A stretch of DNA of 62,519 nt, the filler included, from Choristocarpus tenellus KU-1152 (lineage: Eukaryota > Protista > Phaeophyceae), in assembly GCA_964200185.2 (NCBI GenBank). It is 11 parts of 11 records of this genome, joined end to end, with 100 filler letters (N's around TTAATTAATTAA, not from the genome) between each part and the next. Parts side by side here need not be neighbours in the genome. Positions count along the whole stretch, not along the records: positions 5,430 to 13,301 come from CAXNAD020005462.1; positions 13,402 to 16,408 come from CAXNAD020022985.1; positions 16,509 to 20,230 come from CAXNAD020018298.1; positions 20,331 to 23,862 come from CAXNAD020019408.1; positions 23,963 to 28,927 come from CAXNAD020012348.1; 6 more parts are not named here. The stretch is one strand, 5' to 3'. Below, piece by piece: positions 12,789 through 24,740 of the stretch; the stretch's first letter is position 1, and every line of letters starts with the position of its first letter. The translations under genes and the position numbers were made by a program. The notes under the pieces were generated by a model. That model saw nothing but the letters and a program-made list of their open reading frames with translations. It made no database searches and was not told the DNA's origin.

Positions 12789-12930
12789 AACAGCCGATTT
12801 CAAAAATTGAAGATGGAGCTTTTCATTGAGGATGGGCTTGACCCAAAATTGACTGGGATAAAGTGTCGATATGTTTATTTTTGACATCCTCAATGAAAAG
12901 CTCCATCCTCAATTTTTGAAATCGGCTGTT
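12789..12930. repeat. Inverted repeat, 46-bp arms with 50-nt spacer
   Basis: AACAGCCGATTTCAAAAATTGAAGATGGAGCTTTTCATTGAGGATG (12789-12834) pairs with 12885-12930, one mismatch. Confidence 0.92.
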
Positions 12931-12990
12931 TGTTGTTTGGAAAATATCAGATAGTATATTAATAGCGTGTTTGCGGAAAATGAAATACAC

Positions 12991-13260
12991 TGTCTCGGTG
13001 ACTACGCAAGTAAGTGGCATAGTCTAGACGTGCCACGCGCTTTAAACTAGAGTCACTATGGAGATGGGCACGGAGGGGGTTGTTGGATTCTTTGGATACC
13101 TCCCTAGTTCCCCTCCTCGGGGCGCAGGAGTAGGTACATGGGAAGCACAGGAAGGCAGTAGTACAATATTGATTGTGGTGAAATAACTGATCAGTGTTTT
13201 TCACACTTCCAGTGTTTTATAGTGTTTTTCACATTTATGATATTTTATTTCCTTAGGTCT
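12991..13260 (-). repeat. Dispersed repeat family C (long segment)
   Basis: Reverse complement is similar to 30265-30530. The ORF-track peptides at 12959-13204 and 30321-30653 are visibly paralogous. Confidence 0.85.
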
Positions 13261-13301
13261 TAAATGTGAGAGCCATATTCCACAGAAGGTATACCCTGAA
13301 G

Positions 13302-13401
13302 NNNNNNNNNNNNNNNNNNNNNNNNNNNNNNNNNNNNNNNNNNNNTTAATTAATTAANNNNNNNNNNNNNNNNNNNNNNNNNNNNNNNNNNNNNNNNNNN
13401 N
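13302..13401. other. Artificial contig linker
   Basis: N44-TTAATTAATTAA-N44. Confidence 0.98.
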
Positions 13402-13558
13402 GGGATAGCTGGCAATCAGTGACGAAAGGCATTCGTACTGGTTGGTCATAGAATGGGATGGCTGGCAATCAGTGACAAAGGGCATTTGCACTGGTTGGTC
13501 ATCAAATGGGGGGATGGCTGGCAACCAGTGACGAAGGGCATTCGCACTCAAATGGGGA
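13402..13558. repeat. Tandem repeat, ~53-56 bp x ~3 (truncated by linker)
   Basis: GGGATRGCTGGCAAYCAGTGAC... starts at 13402, 13455 and 13511. Confidence 0.88.
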
Positions 13559-13777
13559 ATAGAGGATTGAGGAATAAGAAAATAGGAATGTGCAAAATAA
13601 TAATAATAATCCGGAATTCGTGAGCAAAACAAAATATGCTTTTGTTTTTAAATCCGATATCTATATCAAACGTTATGATGTGACAACCCCAGGGCGAAGC
13701 TATTGGTACCACTATACGGAAATAACAGATTTTTGTTTTCCACACTTACCCATTATATTTCTTCAGGGCTGACATAT

Positions 13778-13841
13778 GAATAGTTTTCATTGGTTTCCCC
13801 CCCGACACATCTGCAAAATGTCAGAGGGCATAATAATAAAA
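13778..13841 (-). repeat. Family C motif copy
   Basis: Reverse complement of TATTATTATGCCCTCTGACATTTTGCAGATGTGTCRGGGGGAAAACCAATGAAAACTA, also seen at 12078, 30189 and 48343. Confidence 0.85.
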
Positions 13842-14209
13842 TTAACATTGTTTTCATTGGTTTGCCCCCTCAGACATACGGAAAATGCCACCTATCAAAT
13901 CCACTACACCAAACACCCCACCACTAATATTGGATGTTCTTTATTCTTCACTCTATTCTACCTTGTTGATTGTTGTTGTGAGCAATATTTCCAACATAAG
14001 AATACGCGCACCTTGAATTTGTTAACTCCTGACCCGAACAAGGAAGAAACACTCAAGTAAGGGTTACTGATAAGTCAAGAAGCGGGTGGATACTCAGAAG
14101 TATACAACTTTACTAGTGTTTTCCCTCTTTTGGTGTTTGTATTGAGGAACTCGATCTTCGATTCGAAGTCCAAGATTAACCTGGCTTATATTTTTCAAGG
14201 CAAGTGAAC

Positions 14210-15339
14210 ATGGCGGCAGTTCTCCTTTATCTAGAGCATGATCTTCACGACGCCGCCAAGAGAGGTGAAACGGAAGCTGTAAGCAAGCTTGTTATGGAGC
14301 AGAGAGTGGATGTGGATAGGAGTGATCCCTATGGGTGAGTGGTTGTTGGGTAGGTGAGTGATAAGTGTGTATCATCCTCGTCACGGGGTGGAGAGGACTG
14401 TGTTTTGTTCACGGAGATTTGCGCATGGATCATCTGCCCGTAGAAATCCCATTCAGCACACCTAGGATAGAAAATGAATATGATTTTCCCATCGCTCTTC
14501 TTTCCACCCTTTCATTATCCCCCCCCCTTCCACATGGCTACTACAGTTACACCCCTCTTCATTGGGCTGCACAAAAAGGACACGCTGATATCGTCCGATT
14601 GTTGGTCGGAAATGGTGCACTCGTCAATGTGGTGAGTGTAACCAGGATATGAAGAGGAAAATGACACAGAGGGAAGAGGGTTGGGTTTGATTGAAGCAAC
14701 TTGAATGGCTGCTCCTCGGGTCTTTCTTTGATCAGGTAATGAACGATAATTCAGGGAATGCTCTAAATTGGGACCAGCGCACATCCAGCATATGTATTTT
14801 GTGTCCATTAGGTAACTCAAGTGATGTGGCAAGATTGTTAGTGAAGCGATCCCCTCTGTATTCCTCTTCTTCCCCTACCTCGTGCGAAGCGGGACAAGTG
14901 GAAGCGTACACCTCTTCACCGTGCCGCCAAGGAAGGCCACGTGGAGGTAGTGAAAGCGTTGCTGGAGGCTGGGGCTGAGATCAATGCCCAGGTGTGCAGG
15001 AGTATTGGGGCCGATTTTGAACTTTCTTGGTCAATGTAAAGTTGTACAATGTTTTGATGGCGCCTTAGTTTGTCTCGAGCAGAGTACACTTCCCGTGCAC
15101 CTTACTTTCTCCGGCCCAACCTCTTAGTCCCTCCACTCCAACCCTTGCTGTACCTGTGACAATTCAACACGTACAAACAGGGAGACGCAAACTGGACGCC
15201 TTTGCATTGTGGAAGCTTTCACGGGCGTCTAGATGTAGTCAAAATGCTGGTGGACAGTGGGGCAGATCCCACTGCCACAGACGATCGAGGAAGAAGTGCC
15301 ACGGTGTTGTGCGACATGGCTCTATATGATGTGGACGAG
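14210..15339 (+). CDS. Ankyrin-repeat protein (5' part, exons 14210-14334, 14547-14631, 14890-14991, 15181-15339)
   Basis: Reads LHDAAKRG.., GYTPLHWAAQKGHADIVRLLVGNGALVN, RTPLHRAAKEGHVEVVKALLEAGAEINA, WTPLHCGSFHGRLDVVKMLVDSGADP. Junctions are phase-consistent GT-AG. No stop exon was found. Confidence 0.93.
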
Positions 15340-16408
15340 GTAAGCAGATAACAATTTTTTGAAATCGCTTTTATTTTATCAATAGTATTGTTTGGGACTA
15401 TCCATATCTTATGGTGGCCTTGTAAAACGGAGTTTATCAACCATATCCCAGTGACACCTCTATTTTTTTCCATTTTTATGGGTGTTATTTCTGTCGTTGG
15501 GACAATGACCCCATTGGTAGCAAGAATTTTGGTCTTAAAATCCGCATTCAGACCGTATATAGATGTCTAAGACGAAAAAAGATGTGTATACATTGTGCAT
15601 GCATACCTTTGGATTGCAGGCGCTTGGCATGGACTGTATGGACATAACCTTCTTGCTTGGGTCCATGATATATCTGTTCTTGAATTTCAGCTGTTAAAAG
15701 GCCCTGTCCGAACCACCTTTCATGAGGAATCGAATTTCCACCTCGCACGCTGATTTGTCAGATGGAATAGGACTTCAAATCATGTGTGCAACATGGTTTT
15801 TGATGGGTTTTTGGGCACCAACCCCTCCTGCCCTATGTACCACTTGTCCAGAATGGTAATAGTGCTGATCTGTTGGAGGAGGTGTTTTGGTTGTGAGACC
15901 TGCAGCTTATTCAGTTGTGAGCACAAATATTTTCTAGCATATATTTATCCAAGTGCTGTTGTGGATTGGTGGAGGGGCAGGGGCAGGGGGAGAGGGAGGT
16001 GATGGAGTAGGGAGACATATGAGAGGATGTTGCCTAGTACTGTTTGCCATTTTCTGAGGTTGTGGGGTTTTAGCATGGGGGATGAGGGGTGTGTTTGATT
16101 TTTTGGCTGCTTGATCATTCCCAAGCACTTACATTGGGTTTGCATTGCCCATTCTGGGAAAGGTATTTTGAGGTGGATGGGTATTTTGAGGTTGATGGGG
16201 GGAGTTGGTTTGAGGCGCCTGCAGGTATTTGAGATATGGTGAGATATGTTGAGATATGTTGGGGGTGAGGTTTGATGACCAGCATTGCCTTTTGTTGATA
16301 TGAAATCGCTTGCCTTCAACGAAAAAAAAAAAAATCGAATCCCCCCATCCTTGTATCCCTAAATATTTTTTGTACTTTCTATCTCCATGATCTGTAAAAT
16401 GGAATTTG

Positions 16409-16508
16409 NNNNNNNNNNNNNNNNNNNNNNNNNNNNNNNNNNNNNNNNNNNNTTAATTAATTAANNNNNNNNNNNNNNNNNNNNNNNNNNNNNNNNNNNN
16501 NNNNNNNN
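16409..16508. other. Artificial contig linker
   Basis: N44-TTAATTAATTAA-N44. The right flank begins with a MITE A terminus (CCCAGATACTTTGGGTC). Confidence 0.98.
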
Positions 16509-19269
16509 CCCCCCTCCCAGATACTTTGGGTCCCCGCATTCCATAAATGGAAATTGGGAATGTCATCTCTAAAAGGGTTACAAATTCAAACACCAAACAC
16601 CAAACCATAAAATAGAAGAGTAGGGTGGAGTTGAAGACCAAGATATTACTTTCGGGGAAGTAGAAAACTGTATCTAGAAATGGGCAAATGCCCAATGCAT
16701 TTCTAAAGACAGATAAAACAAAGACAAAATACGAAGAGTAGATCCTCTATTTCCAAGAAGTCCCTGGAATCCTCTGGTAATATACTAGAGTCAGACCAGA
16801 ACAAATAGGTGGTGTGGTCCACTCTTACGATGAAAGCAACACACATGAAGTGTGGGGGTGAGGTAGGATACAATTCCGTGGCGGCTGAAGTTGAAGGATC
16901 GGTGTTCTTGTTTTGAAATCTGATGTGAACTGTGAGTTCTATGTAGACTAATAAAGAACGTACATTCGTGTAGTACCTCTACTGTAAAGCAATTAATTGG
17001 GTTTACAGGGTTGAATATTTGAGAAATGAAGCTGAATTTGTTGGAAAATTTGATCACGGGTTGAAGGTAAGCTACTTTGATGAACTTGTCCTGCAGTCTT
17101 CATCCTTGTATGTGTTGCTGGCACAAGGTCATTGACCTCAATGATCTTCTGCAATTGGAGAATGTGTGCAGGTTGATTGAGGTGAGTGGGAAACAAACTC
17201 CAAAAGTCCGACATTCAACACATGGACAAATAGATCATTTGTTTACCCAATTTCCTTATCCCTTTTTTGTGTTGAGCCCTCATGTTTAGTCAGTTCCTGT
17301 ACATTTTGTTAATATACTGGAAAGGATATGACAATACTCAACAGCAAAGACAAGTTTGTCCATACAGACTGTAGTTCAGCCGAGTACTCATGATGCTGCA
17401 TGAATAGCATAGTGATTACCAGCAGAGTGTGTCATAAGAAAAATAGAAATGCTTTTGCTCAAATAATAAAATAAGCTTTTGGTCCCATCACACATTGAGT
17501 CATCCTTTCTCATAGGGGGGTCTATCTAGACCTTTTTGAGTATTTTGGGCTTTTGAAACCTCTTGACAAATCTCTCATTCCCTTGTCTATAACGGATGTA
17601 ACTCACTTTAAAAGAAAGGATTTGACTGTAGATGATGAGACTGATGAATTCCCAAACAAGTCCAAAACCGACAATCAAAGTGAAGTGGAAGAAGCACATA
17701 TGCTGGAAGAGGGAGTCACAGAAGCCCCAAATACTCAATGACACTCTCCTCTGAGGTAGGACAGCTTGTCTTCTCTCTGTCTTCTCTCACTCAAACCCAT
17801 TCAATCCCTACCCATTGTCTCTCCCACTGACTGCCACGCAACCAAGAATATAACCTACTTCACTGAAAACAAGTCTCTTCATTTTTCCTCACAGTGATCT
17901 CATGTTATCTGAATTGTGCTCCTGCCCCCATTAAGAGAGCAGAAGTGACTACCAACACAGTCAATGTAAAGAGCATGGGCAACTGAAGGGCATTAGCGTG
18001 TCCTCTGATGCTTGGGGTGCATACTACTACAGGCTCACGTTTGCTTGTCCACTTAATATCCTGGAATGGCTGACCTGCAAAGATCAGACGATAAGTCATT
18101 TGATGTGTGGGAAGGCATTTTTGATCATTTGTCATCCGTTGTAGTAGGCATTAACTCCTGGAAAACTATATCACTTTCCATTTTTCACTTTCCATCTTTC
18201 ACATTCCACCTCAATCTCTTGTGGTTGTGGGGAACTTCCAACTTTCAGGTGGAGCACTGCTCGAGTATGTCAAACATTTAACATATTGTCGCCCTGCATA
18301 GATGAAGTCTGGGCATTTTTTGTCCTATCTTGAGGGAAATTGCTCTTTTCTTTGGTGGTGCCTGGAGTCTTTCAACACTTGTGATTTCAACACCACTTGT
18401 GACACCCTGGGTACTCGACATAACTGACTTCGAAATGCAAGAGGTTTAAGTGGAATTTGCGCCATCCTTTGACCAGCTATACAGGATTGATTGCAGTACA
18501 TAGATATACCTAAATAGCACAAATTACACATACTTGAGGTCAAGAAAACATATGAATAGTTAAACCAAGTGGGAAGAGGTTGATGTCATGGAACCATCAT
18601 GGTCCTCAAGAATTCTCGAGTGGTTCAATAGAGGTCAGGAGTGAAACGTCAACTCCTACGATTTCTGATGCTCTATCGAAATATATATTAGAAATATTTT
18701 AATGTTTGGAGGCCTGAGAATATCAAAGTGACAACTCACAGTGCTGGTGTGGCTTTCTTTTAGTCCTCTCAATGCAATAATACCCATATATTTGTTCTCT
18801 TCCTATTCCGACTCTGATGAGGCCATAGTTGCCTTGTTCCAAAACAGTGTTGTACAATGAATTTTGAATGATTATGTCTTGAGGAAGCATTTTATTGGAA
18901 TCAATCTCTCGATCAACTAACCCTGTTGAAGCAAGTGGAGCAAATAAAACGCTGACCTGAAACAGTGTATGCCACACAATAAAACCAAGTGATTCAACAA
19001 GTACTGTGCACTCATTCGGATTATTGATGTCTCTACCCTTTCAAACCACTTTTTTTAACCTGAAAACATTTTTTTTTCTTCACAAATTTGAATTGCGCAC
19101 TTTTTGAACAATGGATCTAGAGAGAACGCAATCTAAGCATGAATCTGATGCATCGATTGTGTTGTAAACTTGTCCCTCTTCTTCATAGCAAAAACACATT
19201 TATTTATTTTTACACAAGGCGATTATGGCCACCTTAGGGTAGTAACCTTCACTTGCATCTTCAAAATTA

Positions 19270-19502
19270 GCCAAAGAAAACGAGAGGTACTCGGGTTTTG
19301 GTCGTTTTGCATTTTAAGCCACTTTTTGTACTCTTCAGCGATTCTTCCATAGTTCTATGGATGAAGTACAAGAATTGATTTGAGATCGCAGATTTCTCTC
19401 CTGTTTGAAATTTTCAACAGATTTGGAAAATTTCCTGCATGCATGTGTACAAAATGCCGAAATTTACGTATGTTTGGTAGGGTCCTTAAAATCCAACTCT
19501 GG
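19270..19502 (-). repeat. Dispersed repeat family E
   Basis: Colinear blocks with 36539-36776 (GAGTTG, CTTCATCCATAGAA, GTACCTCTCGTTT.CTTTG). The last motif also occurs at ~27776-27802. Confidence 0.65.
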
Positions 19503-19569
19503 CTACCTCTTGTTTACTTTGACTCAATTTAATATTCCTGGTCTAAGATCAATGTGCTAATGTATCAAT

Positions 19570-19830
19570 GAGTGAAAGTATCTTAGAGGGTACGAGTTTT
19601 GCCCTGTTTGTCCATTTGGGGCTTGGCTTCCCATGGGTTTTTATTATGATATTTTCCTACTCCAAAATGTTTCAGAGTAAGTAAAATGTATGCATTATGA
19701 AAAGGTGTGTCCAGAACGTGGATATTGATACTTCCCAACAAACATAATGGCCAATATTATATCCAAATATCAACATTGGATTTTGACCCCCCAAATGGAC
19801 GTGGCTCTACCCTCTAAGATACTTTGGCTC
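19570..19830 (+). mobile_element. MITE family B, full length (~260 bp)
   Basis: TIRs GAGTGAAAGTATCTTAGAGGGTA / TACCCTCTAAGATACTTTGGCTC. Flanks share AAT (CAAT if the terminal C overlaps). Confidence 0.92.
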
Positions 19831-19987
19831 AATGGTACCGAAATGTCATGTGGCCAGACACAAGCATTCTCAGAGTACTCCATACAGTACGTCGATTTAT
19901 TCAGCTTGAACATGCCAAATACTTTTTTCGTGTGTGAATGATTCAACAAAATATTATCATGAATAAAATAGTACTTAAGTCTGTTGT

Positions 19988-20167
19988 GGCTGAGAGTATC
20001 TGAGGGCGTGGGGGTTTCTACACCCGGGTGTCCATTTGGACCACGACCAGGAAAAGGGCACTTACATTATCCATCCGATGTATGCAACTAAATCACCCAA
20101 AAATCGCGACGTGAAAAAATTGAGCCCAAATGGTCAGCCACCCCCCCCCCCCCGGATACTTTGAGCC
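19988..20167 (+). mobile_element. MITE family A, full length (~180 bp)
   Basis: GGCTGAGAGTATCTG..CGGATACTTTGAGCC, with no intact TSD. Confidence 0.88.
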
Positions 20168-20230
20168 AGTCCTACTTTGAAGGACTTCCTGTTTTCACTT
20201 TAGTTTATATTTGAAGAGCGTTGTGTTTGG

Positions 20231-20330
20231 NNNNNNNNNNNNNNNNNNNNNNNNNNNNNNNNNNNNNNNNNNNNTTAATTAATTAANNNNNNNNNNNNNN
20301 NNNNNNNNNNNNNNNNNNNNNNNNNNNNNN
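20231..20330. other. Artificial contig linker
   Basis: N44-TTAATTAATTAA-N44. Confidence 0.98.
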
Positions 20331-20520
20331 CCAAGTAAGTATGTAAAAAGAATAAAGTTAGTGAAGGGGGGGGGGGGAGGACACACACACACGTACGTAC
20401 GTACATACATACATACATACATACACATACATACATACATACATACATACACATTAAAATTATGGAACTTGAGCCAGCATGTATGTGTCTGTGTCTGTGT
20501 GTTTGTCATTTTGATCTCAC

Positions 20521-22958
20521 CTGGAGAGCAAGGAAGGGTGCAAGGAGCTCATTCTGACCCTGCTTGTATCGGATGCCATGTCCCACACAATACCTAAAGA
20601 ACAACACAGAGTGAAATCAATAGACAGCTTCGTGGCAAGGACAGACAACAAAAGGTACATATGTGTATTTTTCAAGATACCGTGACAGTTTCGTTTCCAA
20701 GACAGACAATAAAAGGTACAATGAAAATACCTCACACCATCTCACCATCTCACAGTGCAATGTACAACAAGTGCACCTCGACATGCACCATCTGACAGTA
20801 TAAGGTACAACAGATATACCCTATGTTGTCCGCGGTTCTCTTCCCAGTACCCTTGTCTCTCCAACCATGGTCTCTTGATCCACTCTCAAGCAGCAACCAC
20901 AACCGTAATATTAAAAGTTAACACACATCCTTTCCTGCTTTCACGATGTGAGTTCTTCCATCACCCCTTCGACTCAGCCCACCTAACCCTAACCCTAACC
21001 CTAACCCTAACCCTAACACACACCTTGACCCTAAACCTAAATCCAAACTTTAACCCTAACCTTATCCATAACCTTAGCCCTAACCCTAACTGCATCTCCA
21101 ACGATAACGAAGTAGATTCCTAACCCTAACCCTAACCCTCAGACTCAGCAAGAGGTAACTAAGTGAAGGGAAGTAACATGAAACAACGCTCTATCTCTTC
21201 TTTCCATGCATATTGCATACAAAATACTTACACATATATAGAGAGTACAGAGGTCTCTGAAGTCAGGACCCACCACAATACACCATTTGTAATGAACTAC
21301 ATAGATTCATGACTATGTATATGTATATATATATACATGTATGTATGTATATTTAACTTTTTTTTCATAGACCTAACCCTGGTAACTGTGGTGTGCATGG
21401 GCCTGCCCAAAAAGCATTTCTAAGTAATAGGGAGGGGGCAGGGGAAAGCAGATTCAGTTATACCACACATTTTCAACAAGACAATCCTGACCCGGAGATA
21501 ACAAGGCACTCATTGAAGACAAAAACAAAACTGGAGTTACCTCTCGACCTACATTGAACACATGGGTGGAGTTAGACACATCACCTCAGAAAGGGGTAGG
21601 GGTACTTCCTTCTTCCAATATGAAGATATATACTTATTTATTAAAAGGTTAATACAGCGCTACTACTTGTTTTTTTCTCTTCAAATCTTCCCAATCTCTT
21701 CAATATACCAAGATATATACTTATTTTTCAAAAGTTTAATACAGCGCTACTACTTGTTTTTTTCTCTTCAAATCTCCCTAATCTCTTCAATTCAAAAGAA
21801 ATAGAATCAATCAAAACGGCAGATCACACATGTTCAAAAAAAAGAAAAGAACAAAAAAAAATTAAAACCCCACGCGAAACCATAGTCCAAGCAAGCCCTT
21901 TCCAAAACAGTTCCCCCACCTACTTTCATTCAATTTTTTTTCTTTTTTTAAATGCAAACCGTATTTTTTTTTCATTAAAAAAAAAAAACGTCCACTGCAT
22001 GACGCACGCACACACGCAAGCACGCACGCATGCATGCATGCACCCATGCACCCTTGCTCACACCTCTCCAGCACTTCCGAAACAAGCTGAAGAACATCAT
22101 CCCTCTTGAACATGGCGTAAGACTGGCGTGTTCGCTTGATGTCCGCCGCAAGAACGCGCTGGTCTTCCTGTTTCATTCCATGTACAACACGACCACAATG
22201 AATATTCTTGCGATGTGTCAATACCGTTCTCAAAAAAAGGTCATTTAATATTCCTAACTAAGTTGGGAACACACGCACACATACACACATACATACACAC
22301 ACACACATATATATATATATAATTCTTAAGGGTTAGAGCAGGGATCAACAGACTGGGGTTCAAAAAAATAAAAATAGGAATAAAATAAAAACATGGAACT
22401 ATCATCAAAGGCGGAGGAGGAGGAGGAGGGCACTAATCACGCTTACTATTCAAGCAAAGATGAAAATGAAAACTGTCACATCTTTTTTTTATTAGCTGAT
22501 ATTTTGATTCAACTGCACCCTAGCCCGTACCAGATGTAGCTGATAAAAAAATAAGGACAAACACAATGTGGTGTCAACAAATGAAAACAAAAATATAAAT
22601 ATATATATATATATGTGGTACATCTTACAGCTCCAACAAACAATTTTAAAATACACACACACACTAACTAAAGAAATAAAATAAAGAAGAAAAATAAAAT
22701 CCCGAATAATCTACAAAAAGCCCCAAATCTACAGAAAAAATAACATTAAAAATAAAAACAAAGCACAAAAATCAAAAAATCAAAAAAACAGTTAACAGAG
22801 CCAGCTAGCAGCATCAACACTTCCACTGCTTGTCAATAAACTTCATCAAAAGTGAGGGGGACTTCTCATACCCAACCATACCATACAGCTAACGTACACA
22901 TCTCAGGCAAGGATACATTCAAGATTTAAAACTCCACTTCATGCCACTACAGATCTCC

Positions 22959-22998
<40 letters not shown>

Positions 22999-23766
22999 GT
23001 ATACTATAGTATTGATTGTGTAATAGCATCTGTGTATGTCTGAGTCAAAGAACCTGGGAGGGGGAAGCTGCCGGGCATAGCCAACCCCTCAGACTTTCCG
23101 ACTTTCAACAGTACTTGCCCCACACCTACTGCAGTGCACCTTGCATGTTGGTTCGAGCGAATCATGTAGGAATCTCACATTCCGTTTGCAGAAGGGGCTT
23201 GTTATCCTCACCAACATATCTCCGCGAATATTTCCGTCTTTCATCAGAAAAAAAAAAGAGTTTAAAAAAAAAATTGAAACTCAAAAAATGACCAAACACA
23301 CACGAACAAACCCATCTCGATTTCTTTCACTCTAACCCTATAATTTACTCTTTCGAGCAGGTGTATAGACAGAGAGAGCGAGATATTATATTCACATATT
23401 TATGTGTGTGTACATATACAAACATATTTATGTTCGTGCAGTGTGGACTAAGACATATTTATGTGTCTGTAAATATACATACATATTTATGTTCGTGCAG
23501 TGAGAACTAAGGGATCTTCCAAAAAAACATGCAAGATTGTGAGTTGGCTCATCCTCCTCTCAATAGGCATGTACTACACAACAACAACACACAAGAGGTT
23601 ACCAAGCCCACGTTGTTTGCCAATAATAAAAAAGATCAGAACAGACAGAACAGAAAATAACAGAACAGTAAATAACAGAAAAAGAACAGACCTTGGGGAA
23701 GTGCAGGAGGCCTTGAGCGTGGTCCATATCCGAGGTCCTTCCGTGAAGAGAGGTCTTGACGCGGTC
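20521..23766 (-). CDS. TBC/RabGAP-domain protein, TBC1D23-like (partial, exons 23766-23692, 22167-22064, 20593-20521)
   Basis: Spliced: DRVKTSLHGRTSDMDHAQGLLHFPK|EDQRVLAADIKRTRQSYAMFKRDDVLQLVSEVLER|YCVGHGIRYKQGQNELLAPFLALQ. It contains the TBC [I/L]xxDxxR (Arg finger) and YxQG (Gln finger) motifs. The first exon is less certain. Confidence 0.9.
20982..21138. repeat. Interstitial (CCCTAA)n telomere-like array with degenerate units, in the TBC intron
   Basis: About six perfect units followed by variants. Confidence 0.9.
21616..21791. repeat. Tandem duplication, ~86 bp x 2
   Basis: AAGATATATACTTATTT..TAATACAGCGCTACTACTTGTTTTTTTCTCTTCAAATC.. occurs twice. Confidence 0.88.
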
Positions 23767-23862
23767 CTGTTGACTGAATGAGAATGTCAACAGCAAAAAA
23801 AAAAAAAAAAGAGAACGGGACAAGCAAACAAAAAAACAAAAAAAAAAAAAAAAAACAACAAA

Positions 23863-23962
23863 NNNNNNNNNNNNNNNNNNNNNNNNNNNNNNNNNNNNNN
23901 NNNNNNTTAATTAATTAANNNNNNNNNNNNNNNNNNNNNNNNNNNNNNNNNNNNNNNNNNNN
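23863..23962. other. Artificial contig linker
   Basis: N44-TTAATTAATTAA-N44. Confidence 0.98.
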
Positions 23963-24740
23963 GGGGGGGGGGGGGGGGGTTGAGCGTCCATTATGGGGCT
24001 ATTGTGTCGAGGAAAAGGTACAATTGGTGGGTAGTGCTGGCCGCCGGAAACAGGTGCTCGAACCAACATCACCGTTATTTGGGTAGTTTCATCTAGGCAT
24101 TTCCATTTGAAAGGTGTTTTTGTTCTTGGTGGTCGACCTGTACATGTCTCTGTTTGACATTACTGCAGTGGGTGGAAGAGAAAGAAATTCGTGACAACTA
24201 CTCCATACACTCAATATTTCACATCTATTGTCAGCCCACCTACTTGGTTGTCTAATGTTTTTCTGCCTCATATGACCTGACAAGTGTGAGCATTGCTTGC
24301 TGAGAAAACTAGTCAAAACATACCCCGGAGTATATTTATTACAGCAGCAGAGGATACTCCAGACTAGGTTGGTTAGGGCAATGGGTTACTTTCCCCCTTG
24401 TTTTTAGCTGAGTATTGTATGGAGCTAAAGCCATGATAGTCTATCCTGCTGAAGATCTAGGACAACCAAGGCCTGTAAGTTAAATTTGTGCATTCAGTGA
24501 ATCTCCCCTGATGCGGACAAAATTGTCCACCTATCACCGCCATGTACACCTTTAAGCATGTAAGACTCTATCATTCCCCCTTATCCCTTCCCCTAAGTGT
24601 CATAATTATTTTCCCACCTTGCACATCAAAACAACTGTGAACAAGTGTAACACCCATTTAGTCCACACCGCCCCTTTCGTGTGTAACATCACCTAGACCA
24701 ACCCTAACAACGAACTACATATCTGATCTAATTTTGTCAG

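Noticed and set aside
13402-13558. CRISPR-like repeat array
   Set aside because: Whole units are repeated with no unique spacers, in a eukaryotic context with no cas genes. The same holds for 31158-31478.
17030-17170. Possible Copia RNase H relic on the minus strand (LQDKFIKVAYL..RDQ)
   Set aside because: Too degenerate (stop plus frameshift) to support without a search.
23054-23125. 72-nt AG/GT-bounded segment in the TBC intron with an in-frame TGA (possible selenocysteine or poison exon)
   Set aside because: The flanking exons already join well, the splice signals are weak, and there is no TBC similarity or SECIS evidence.
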